Shown here: in pieces, positions 1 to 6,033 of the stretch | Numbering within the stretch: the first letter of the stretch is position 1 | Layout of the letters: each line of letters starts with the position of its first letter | Source: Elusimicrobiota bacterium | GTDB lineage: Bacteria > Elusimicrobiota > Endomicrobiia > CG1-02-37-114 > JAHJSO01 | Assembly (NCBI GenBank): GCA_043826435.1 | Contig: JBDRQF010000024.1 | Location: 1-10,815, forward strand | Length of the DNA stretch: 10,815 nucleotides | Direction of reading: 5' to 3' | Notes under the pieces: generated by a model | Databases searched by the model: none | The model's input: the letters and a program-made list of their open reading frames with translations, nothing else | Told to the model about the DNA's origin: nothing | Position numbers and translations under genes: made by a program

Positions 1-38
1 GGGCCGAAAGTCCCTGAAAAATCTGCCCGTTCGCCCTA

Positions 39-68
39 TTGACCAACCCCGCCATACTTTATTATAAT
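39..68 (+). promoter_or_regulatory. Putative sigma70 promoter for the operon
   Basis: -35 TTGACC at 39-44 (5/6 match) and perfect -10 TATAAT at 63-68 with an 18-nt spacer, upstream of the ATG at 127. Confidence 0.7.
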
Positions 69-126
69 CATTTCAGAAGAAAAAATATCGGCGAGACATT
101 GCATTCATAAGTGAGCGGGGGACGTC

Positions 127-846
127 ATGTATAACAAAATAGAGAGGATATTTCTGGTGCAGAAAGGGGGAATGCTGTCGTCAATGCTTGTGAATCTTCT
201 GGAAAAAGAGAAATATGCGGTGAAGGTTTTTGAAAGAGGGGACGAAGCCCTCACGGAAATAAAATATTTTCCGCCGGACATGCTGATACTTGACCTGGAC
301 CTGCCGGACGAAATGGGGGATATATCCGGATGGGAGTTATTGCGCATAATAAGAAATACTCCGGTTGTGTCCGGTTTGCCCATAATTATCATCTCGGAAA
401 AGTATACCCAGCCGATACACACTGTCCGGGCGCTGTCTGAATTTTGTGCGGACGATTTTGTGAACAAGCCGTACAGCGAGAACGTCCTGATAGCCCGGAT
501 AAAGGCGTTAATCAGGAGGAAGTCAAACATAATAAGCGAGAAAAGGCAGGAAATAATAAGGTGCGGTGATTTAAGGATTTTCGTCCAGAGAATGGTTGTT
601 TTTTTAAACGGCAGCCAGGTGCACCTGACCAAAACGGAATTCAACGTCCTTCTGGAACTTGCCCAGAACAGGGAGACGCCTGTTTTAAGGGCCGAACTTT
701 ACAAGAAGGTGCTGGGACACATTGACCCGCAAATTAACTCAAGAACCATTGATAAACACATTGAGGCAATCAGGAAAAAATTAAAGGGATATTCAAAAAA
801 TGTAATTACGGTCCCCGGCGTAGGGTATAAATTCAGCATGAAATAA
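127..846 (+). CDS. OmpR/PhoB-family response regulator (receiver + winged helix), atypical receiver
   Basis: Receiver motifs PPDMLILDLDLP, SGWELL, PIIIIS, ADDFVNKPY, LIARIKALIRR. C-terminal wHTH motifs LTKTEFNVL, SRTIDKHIEAIRKKL, ITVPGVGYKF. G-rich RBS at 117-121. Confidence 0.93.
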   Translation: MYNKIERIFLVQKGGMLSSMLVNLLEKEKYAVKVFERGDEALTEIKYFPPDMLILDLDLPDEMGDISGWELLRIIRNTPVVSGLPIIIISEKYTQPIHTVRALSEFCADDFVNKPYSENVLIARIKALIRRKSNIISEKRQEIIRCGDLRIFVQRMVVFLNGSQVHLTKTEFNVLLELAQNRETPVLRAELYKKVLGHIDPQINSRTIDKHIEAIRKKLKGYSKNVITVPGVGYKFSMK

Positions 847-849
847 AAT

Positions 850-2001
850 ATGTTTTTTAAAGCAGCGATTATGGCTCTTATTCTTATGAATTTAGAGATG
901 ACCCTGACTGATAAAACACCCATTACTTTGGATAATGTCCCGCAGTCACCCGCGATATCTTTGCAGGAATCACGGGTGAGTGTGGGCGACATGCCTGCTG
1001 CGGGACTGGCTGATGTGGAACTGCCCGCAGCAGAACTGCCCGTTGCTGACATGCCTGCCGCAGAACTACCTGCCGATTCAAAAGAAAGGGAGGGAATAAA
1101 AATTCATGCTACAAAATTACTCAGTGAAAAACAACGGCTCGTCAGGGACGAACGGCTTAAAGTCCTGGAAATGATTTCAGGCAGGGTTGAAACCATCTAC
1201 CGGCAGGCATTGAAAAGTTATATTAAGAAAGAGTTTATCGCGGCGTATGGGGAATTTAAGAACGTTGCGGAGGTATTCCCCGGGTATAAAAATACAGAAG
1301 AGAACATGGAAGAAATTTATAAAAAGATGACGTTGCTTTCAAAGCATGATGTCTCGCCGGACATTGAAATGATCCCTTATGCAATCGGGTTTATTTCATA
1401 CTATTCAGGCGAATATGTCAATGCAGTTAACGAGTGGGAGAAATTCCTGGCAATAATGCCCGGCAATGCGGAGGCCAAGCGGTATCTTAAATCCACGCAG
1501 GCGTACCTACACGATTTAATTGAAAAAGAACGGTTGAGAAAATTGGAGGGTATCGTTGAAGATACGTATAAGAAAGCCCTTTATGAGAGGAATAATAGAA
1601 GGTATGTGTCTGCGGTTGACAAGTGGGGAAAGATAATCCAGATAGCGGACAGGGAGAAGGCCCGGCAACTTATTGAATGGTCGTTAAAATCGCAGGTTGA
1701 AATTGACAAAACAATATCGGAGATGAAGGGTATGATTAAATCAAGACGGACGGGTGCGGGGGCCGGCAAGGGAGCGGGTTCCGGGCAGGGCGATGGGTCG
1801 GGACAGGGAGCCGACACCGGCGTAAGCGGGTTAGCCGCTGAGACGGCAGAAAGATATTATGAACGGGGGCTTGTTATGTATTCTACGGGGAATCTCACGG
1901 AGGCAATAAGGCACCTGGAACTCTCATTGAGGTTCAACCCCGGCAATACCCGGGCGCGCAGGGCAATAGAGAAGATAAAGGAGGAAATACCTTCTGATTA
2001 A
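850..2001 (+). CDS. Tetratricopeptide-repeat protein, possibly exported (candidate TadD-like or secretin partner)
   Basis: TPR-like segments YAIGFISYYSGEYVNAVNEWEKFLAIMPGNAEAKRYL and AERYYERGLVMYSTGNLTEAIRHLELSLRFNPGNTRARRAIEKI. Short hydrophobic N-terminus (MFFKAAIMALILM). Starts 3 nt after the regulator stop. Confidence 0.8.
   Translation: MFFKAAIMALILMNLEMTLTDKTPITLDNVPQSPAISLQESRVSVGDMPAAGLADVELPAAELPVADMPAAELPADSKEREGIKIHATKLLSEKQRLVRDERLKVLEMISGRVETIYRQALKSYIKKEFIAAYGEFKNVAEVFPGYKNTEENMEEIYKKMTLLSKHDVSPDIEMIPYAIGFISYYSGEYVNAVNEWEKFLAIMPGNAEAKRYLKSTQAYLHDLIEKERLRKLEGIVEDTYKKALYERNNRRYVSAVDKWGKIIQIADREKARQLIEWSLKSQVEIDKTISEMKGMIKSRRTGAGAGKGAGSGQGDGSGQGADTGVSGLAAETAERYYERGLVMYSTGNLTEAIRHLELSLRFNPGNTRARRAIEKIKEEIPSD
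988..1077 (+). repeat. Six degenerate 15-nt tandem units in the TPR gene (pentapeptide repeat)
   Basis: gacatgcctgctgcg/ggactggctgatgtg/gaactgcccgcagca/gaactgcccgttgct/gacatgcctgccgca/gaactacctgccgat = DMPAA GLADV ELPAA ELPVA DMPAA ELPAD. Confidence 0.85.
1753..1812 (+). repeat. (Gly-X)10 low-complexity linker, about three 18-nt units
   Basis: Encodes GAGAGK GAGSGQ GDGSGQ GA before the last TPR. Confidence 0.75.
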
Positions 2002-2734
2002 GCGGGCGGTCATTTTAATATTATTAATAATATCGGGAAGCGTTCCATCCCCGGCGGACATGGTGGAGGTCTCCGTTGAGATAGCGGAAATCAACAACAC
2101 AAGGGCGAGGGAGATGGGCATTTTTTGGTCGGATGAAATAACCGGGGGAGAGATTTCCTTCATTCAGGAGGGACGCGTCCCTGAATATTTGCCCGGTGTG
2201 CCGTCAATAATAACCTCAGGCGACTGGAACAGGCACACTGCCCTGAATGCAACGTTGAAGATGTTGTCGGAGAAGGGCGTAGCAAAAATATTATCAAAAC
2301 CAAAACTTGCAACCAGGAGCGGTACCAGCGCGAATTTTCTGGTCGGCGGAGAAATGCCCGTCATCGCTTCCGGAATCGGCGGAGGGAGTATTGAATGGAA
2401 AGAGTTCGGAATAAAACTGGAAATAAAGCCGGTAATTGTGGAAAACAGGCAAATAGATACGTCCGTGTTTGCGGTGATATCCCGTCTGGACTGGTCAAAC
2501 AAAATAGGCAATTATCCTGCCATAGCCAGCAGGTACGCCCGGGCGCAGGTCCTGTTGAATACAGGGGATACGTTTACCATAGCGGGGCTGGGGGAGACAA
2601 AAAGGGAGAGGAAGACACGGGGTGTCCCGCTACTTATGGACATACCGTTTTTGGGCGTGTTGTTCAGCAGGTCAAGTTGGGTTGACGTTGAAAATACAGT
2701 CGTAATTTTTGTTACGCCGAAGATTGTAGAATGA
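1994..2734 (+). CDS. cpaC: Tad secretin RcpA/CpaC-like, minimal (secretin domain only). Start proposed at CTG 1994; the ORF track gives ATG 2060.
   Basis: Secretin motifs VEIAEIN, AKILSKPKL..SG..ANFLVGGEMP, IEWKEFGIKLEIKP, GDTFTIAGL, GVPLLMDIPFLGVLF, VIFVTPKIV. The frame is open back to 1979 and encodes a signal-peptide-like IKRAVILILLIISGSVPSPA after SD AAAGGAGG (1977-1984). Confidence 0.88.
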   Translation: MIKRAVILILLIISGSVPSPADMVEVSVEIAEINNTRAREMGIFWSDEITGGEISFIQEGRVPEYLPGVPSIITSGDWNRHTALNATLKMLSEKGVAKILSKPKLATRSGTSANFLVGGEMPVIASGIGGGSIEWKEFGIKLEIKPVIVENRQIDTSVFAVISRLDWSNKIGNYPAIASRYARAQVLLNTGDTFTIAGLGETKRERKTRGVPLLMDIPFLGVLFSRSSWVDVENTVVIFVTPKIVE

Positions 2735-2763
2735 ATAACATAGCGTGAATAATTTGCCGGCGG

Positions 2764-4005
2764 GTGGTTAAAAACATGGATACCGTGGATTTACATCTAA
2801 TAGGCGATTTATTCCGCGATGATGAAATTTCGGAAATTATGGTGAACGGGGAAGATGTCTATGTTGAAAAAAACGGCAGGATACACAATCTAAAAAATAA
2901 AACGGCCGGATGCGATGATGCCGGGAACAGCGATACCGGGCCGCTTGTATCAGACATATTAAAGTTGCACGGAAAGCGCATACCGGACGACACCCTTTTT
3001 CTGGATACGCGCCTGCCGGATGGTTCAAGGGTGAACTGCGTCTTTCCGCCGGTTTCACTCTGCGGGGCGGTGATTACAATCAGAAGGTTTTCAAAAAAGG
3101 CGGCCTCGCCGCAGGACCTTGTCCTGTCAGGCACGCTTGACAAGAATATACTTGAGTTTCTGAAAATATGCGTAGAATACAGGAAGAACATTGTTATTTC
3201 CGGCGGGACGGGTTCAGGCAAGACCACATTGCTGAACGTTGTGTCTTCGTTTATACCTTCCGGCGAAAGGATTATCACTATTGAAGATACTGCGGAACTG
3301 CAACTCGCCCAGGGACACGTGGTGCGGCTTGAGGCCGGGGCGGGTGCAGTCCATAACGGCAGGAACGTTACAATCAGGCAACTCGTGGTAAATTCACTCA
3401 GGATGCGGCCCGACAGAATAATCGTCGGGGAGTGCCGCTCCGCCGAGGCGCTTGACATGCTGCAGGCGATGAATACCGGACATGACGGTTCCCTTACCAC
3501 TGTCCATGCAAACTCGCCGAGGGATGCGTTGCGTAGGATAGAGGTAATGACAATGATGTCCGGGATAGAATTGCCGGTGCGCGCCATAAGGGAACAAATA
3601 TCTTCTGCGATTGACGTCATAGTCCAGGTAGCGAGGTTCCCCGATGGTTCAAGAAAAATAGTTGAGGTGTGCAGCGTTGCCGGGATGGAGGGGGACGTTA
3701 TCCTGATGTCGCCTGTGTTTAAATTCAAACAGACAAATGTCCTTCCTGACGGCAGAATTGGCGGCAGATTTATTCCTACAGGTAATGTCCCATACTTCAT
3801 TGAATCCATCAGGGCCGGAGGGATAAACGTTGCAATGGACATCTTCCGCAGCGAGACGGCGCAGGTAACTGCAGAATATGTCCTGCTCGTAAGCGTATTG
3901 TCGGTACTTGGTTTTTTGGCGTTAAAGTTGTACGTTATCTTTTTGACCGGCCATCTTTCCAATATAACGAAGTTCAGGACAGGGGAGGCGGCATTTTTTC
4001 CATGA
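2764..4005 (+). CDS. cpaF: CpaF/TadA pilus ATPase (copy 1) with an in-frame C-terminal Flp-like prepilin segment
   Basis: EIMVNG, LPDGSRVN, Walker [10 protein letters not shown], Asp box ITIEDTAEL, Walker [15 protein letters not shown], His box MNTGHDGSLTTVHAN. Tail ETAQVTAEYVLLVSVLSVLGFLAL. Start is GTG 2764 or ATG 2776. Confidence 0.93.
   Translation: MVKNMDTVDLHLIGDLFRDDEISEIMVNGEDVYVEKNGRIHNLKNKTAGCDDAGNSDTGPLVSDILKLHGKRIPDDTLFLDTRLPDGSRVNCVFPPVSLCGAVITIRRFSKKAASPQDLVLSGTLDKNILEFLKICVEYRKNIVISGGTGSGKTTLLNVVSSFIPSGERIITIEDTAELQLAQGHVVRLEAGAGAVHNGRNVTIRQLVVNSLRMRPDRIIVGECRSAEALDMLQAMNTGHDGSLTTVHANSPRDALRRIEVMTMMSGIELPVRAIREQISSAIDVIVQVARFPDGSRKIVEVCSVAGMEGDVILMSPVFKFKQTNVLPDGRIGGRFIPTGNVPYFIESIRAGGINVAMDIFRSETAQVTAEYVLLVSVLSVLGFLALKLYVIFLTGHLSNITKFRTGEAAFFP
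3835..4005 (+). other. Flp-like prepilin module nested in frame at the 3' end of cpaF copy 1 (56 aa if initiated at ATG 3835)
   Basis: MDIFRSETA|QVTAEY plus a hydrophobic helix, with E+5/Y+6 as in Flp. GGAGGG at 3817-3822 lies 12 nt upstream of the ATG. Confidence 0.65.
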
Positions 4006-4493
4006 CAGGTAATAAAAGAGGCGCGGCGGTCGTTGAGACGGTCCTTCTTATGGCAATCTTTTTTACTGCCCTGTATTTTTCGTCTGTCCAATTATTCCTA
4101 TTGTCTTTAGGGGTGCTGTCGGCGAACGAGTCGGTATATACGTCTGTCCGGGCAGGGGTAGTCAAAGATAGTTTAACTGAGGCAGCCCGTGAGGTGCGTA
4201 TCTGCGGTTTCTGGACGCTACTGTCGCAGGCGAAAAAAATCAGGGTTATCCCGTCAAAGATAGTAATTTATGAAAAAACCCCGCTAAATAGTGCAGGTCG
4301 GGACGCATCAGGGGGAAAGGTCGTTACCATGCATGCCGGGCTCCACTATTTTCAGAGAATAATGTTCGGTTCGTTCCTGCAACCAAAATCATTGGGCGTC
4401 CCGTTGTATCATGGGGTTGTCCGGTGCGCCATGGTTAAATCACCCGACGCAAAATATTTATATTCTGCATGGCCGGATGCAAAACGATGGTAA
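4002..4493 (+). CDS. tadE: TadE-like minor pilin/pseudopilin
   Basis: Class III signal NKRG|AAVVE (E+5), a hydrophobic helix, then the TadE-like SVYTSVRAGVV. ATGA overlap with the upstream stop. Confidence 0.75.
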   Translation: MTGNKRGAAVVETVLLMAIFFTALYFSSVQLFLLSLGVLSANESVYTSVRAGVVKDSLTEAAREVRICGFWTLLSQAKKIRVIPSKIVIYEKTPLNSAGRDASGGKVVTMHAGLHYFQRIMFGSFLQPKSLGVPLYHGVVRCAMVKSPDAKYLYSAWPDAKRW

Positions 4494-5422
4494 AAAATAG
4501 TTCAGGGCAGGTACTGGTGTTTTATGTCGCCTCGTTTATTGTCCTGTGCCTTTTCTGGTTCGCCGTTGTCAACGCAGGGAAGGTGCTGAAAGACCGTATC
4601 CTGGTGCAGAACGCAGCGGACAACTCGGCGCTTTCGGCAGCGGTTATGCGCAGCAGGGCGCTGAACGTGCTCGGTAAACTCAACGGCGTTCTGGGATTAT
4701 CCGGTTTCGGCGTCCACGTCCCGGGTGCGGGGTTTTGCGTCGGCGGAGACAGCTGGGTGTGGTGGATAGAGCCGCCCCGTCGTTCACCCGGTTTCCACAC
4801 CTACCACAGAATGGCGCGGCTGGCCCGCAGTTCAATCAACAAAGTTATTCTGCTCCAGGAGTCCATCGTCCCGACTTACGGCGGTGGCACGACGTTTCTG
4901 GTTTCAAGGAATATTGCTCGCAGGCAGGAAATCAACGCAGGAGGGAAAGAGTGCGGTGCCGACGGGTTTGTCCCGATGGATTCACTCTCGCTTAACCTGA
5001 AAAGAAACAAAGGGGACGTTCTCTATTTCAAAACATCCGAATTATACGTCCCGCCGACGCCCGTGTCGCCGGAGGTGTGGGTGTGGCCCATACCGTACCC
5101 TTATGAAAGGAGCAAAAATGCAAAACGGTGGCTTGAGCAGAAAAGAGAATCATTCCATAAACAGAGAATAAGGGTTATAGCTTACAAGAGCAGGGATTCC
5201 GTTTCAAACAGGGGCTACCCGTTTGCCGGGAAATTTTTCAAAATGGACAGGTGGGTTGACATAAAATGCATAGCGGCTGCCTCTTCTTATAATAACAGCG
5301 GATATATGTTCCCGCAGGAAAGGGATGCGTCATTTATGACCGCCTTCTTTGAGTACTGGAAGTCAAAAAATCCGGGGTGGAAGGCGCACCTCGTGCCGGT
5401 CGGCAAATGGACAAAACATTAA
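4487..5422 (+). CDS. tadG: TadG-like pilus assembly protein (Tad N-terminal domain). Start preferred at ATG 4487; the ORF track gives 4469.
   Basis: MVKNSSG|QVLVF, a TM helix, then NAG...VQNAADNSALSAA, matching the TadG N-terminal pattern (D.G...LQ.AADAAALAAA). Confidence 0.75.
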   Translation: MVKNSSGQVLVFYVASFIVLCLFWFAVVNAGKVLKDRILVQNAADNSALSAAVMRSRALNVLGKLNGVLGLSGFGVHVPGAGFCVGGDSWVWWIEPPRRSPGFHTYHRMARLARSSINKVILLQESIVPTYGGGTTFLVSRNIARRQEINAGGKECGADGFVPMDSLSLNLKRNKGDVLYFKTSELYVPPTPVSPEVWVWPIPYPYERSKNAKRWLEQKRESFHKQRIRVIAYKSRDSVSNRGYPFAGKFFKMDRWVDIKCIAAASSYNNSGYMFPQERDASFMTAFFEYWKSKNPGWKAHLVPVGKWTKH

Positions 5423-5823
5423 ATCAAAAAGGACAGGCGCTGCTGGAATCAGTCCTGTGTGTCCCGCTGTTTGTCGTTTTACTGACGGCATTCCTGTTGC
5501 ATTGCAGGGTCTTAATCATCAGACAGCAACTACTTATGGCCGCAAGGTACGGCACTGACGGGATTTTATTTAATGACTGGACGGAGGGTGAGGTTGCAGG
5601 AGAAATAAAAAGATTCCTTTCAGGCGAGGCGGCGCCGGAGATAAAGGGCAGGAACCTTGACCCTGAAAAGGTTGAGGTAAAAGTCAAAATTTCAAAATCG
5701 GTCCCGCCGCCGGTTTTTAACCCGCCCTCATCCTGGGTGGAGGTCTATTACAGGGTTGAACTGCCTGCATGGATGGGCAGGGGGTTTTATATATCGGCCA
5801 GGTCTGAAGTGATGAAACTTTAA
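5407..5823 (+). CDS. tadE: TadE-like minor pilin (second copy). Start preferred at ATG 5407; the ORF track gives 5377.
   Basis: MDKTLNQKG|QALLESVLCVPLFVVLL...LLMAARYG, the typical TadE pattern (GQA.vE.al..P....L..AAR.GA). Confidence 0.85.
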   Translation: MDKTLNQKGQALLESVLCVPLFVVLLTAFLLHCRVLIIRQQLLMAARYGTDGILFNDWTEGEVAGEIKRFLSGEAAPEIKGRNLDPEKVEVKVKISKSVPPPVFNPPSSWVEVYYRVELPAWMGRGFYISARSEVMKL

Positions 5824-5837
5824 GTGGGAACGACAAT

Positions 5838-5847
5838 AGGAGGTGAT
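5838..5847 (+). promoter_or_regulatory. Very strong Shine-Dalgarno site for flp
   Basis: AGGAGGTGAT, 10 nt complementary to the canonical 16S 3' tail, ending 6 nt before ATG 5854. Confidence 0.85.
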
Positions 5848-5853
5848 GTAAAA

Positions 5854-6033
5854 ATGTTCAATGACTTTTTGAAAAACGAAGATGCACAGGGGATGACCGA
5901 GTACATCTTAATCATCGCCCTTATCGCCGTCGTCTGCGTGGCTGCGATAAAGATGTTCGGCAGGGAAATCCAGGAACTCATTGAAAAATCCACGGACAAA
6001 ATCAAAAGGGAAACGAGGGACTTTTCAAGGTGA
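5854..6033 (+). CDS. flp: Flp family major pilin (59 aa prepilin)
   Basis: MFNDFLKNEDA|QGMTEYILIIALIAVVCVAAIKMFG, the Flp motif with EY at +5/+6. The strong SD fixes the start at 5854 rather than 5824. Confidence 0.93.
   Translation: MFNDFLKNEDAQGMTEYILIIALIAVVCVAAIKMFGREIQELIEKSTDKIKRETRDFSR

Noticed and set aside
95..110. CATT-GCATT-CATA as a possible OmpR-type direct-repeat operator
   Set aside because: Too short, and the spacing does not fit the ~10-11-bp period expected for OmpR/PhoB boxes.
105..644. 179-aa antisense ORF and the other short - strand or alternate-frame ORFs in the track
   Set aside because: All lie within convincingly assigned + strand genes and lack motifs or clear RBSs.
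988..1077. Tandem repeats as a CRISPR array or mobile-element signature
   Set aside because: Degenerate, in frame, codon-multiple units without spacers. No cas, transposase or integrase genes are in the window.
2764..3850. ATPases as conjugative VirB11/TrbB or T2SS GspE
   Set aside because: The context (flp, cpaB, cpaC, tadB, tadC, tadE/G) and CpaF-type motifs indicate a Tad system. No T4SS or T2SS genes are present.
2859..4091. 410-aa antisense ORF opposite cpaF copy 1
   Set aside because: Shadow frame of a well-conserved gene with no recognisable motifs. Similar antisense text appears opposite copy 2 (8255-8590), showing it simply mirrors the sense codons.
5824..5853. Longer starts from the ORF track for flp (5824), tadE (5377) and tadG (4469)
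   Set aside because: Downstream ATGs (5854, 5407, 4487) give typical short class III leaders. For flp the extension is the SD region itself.
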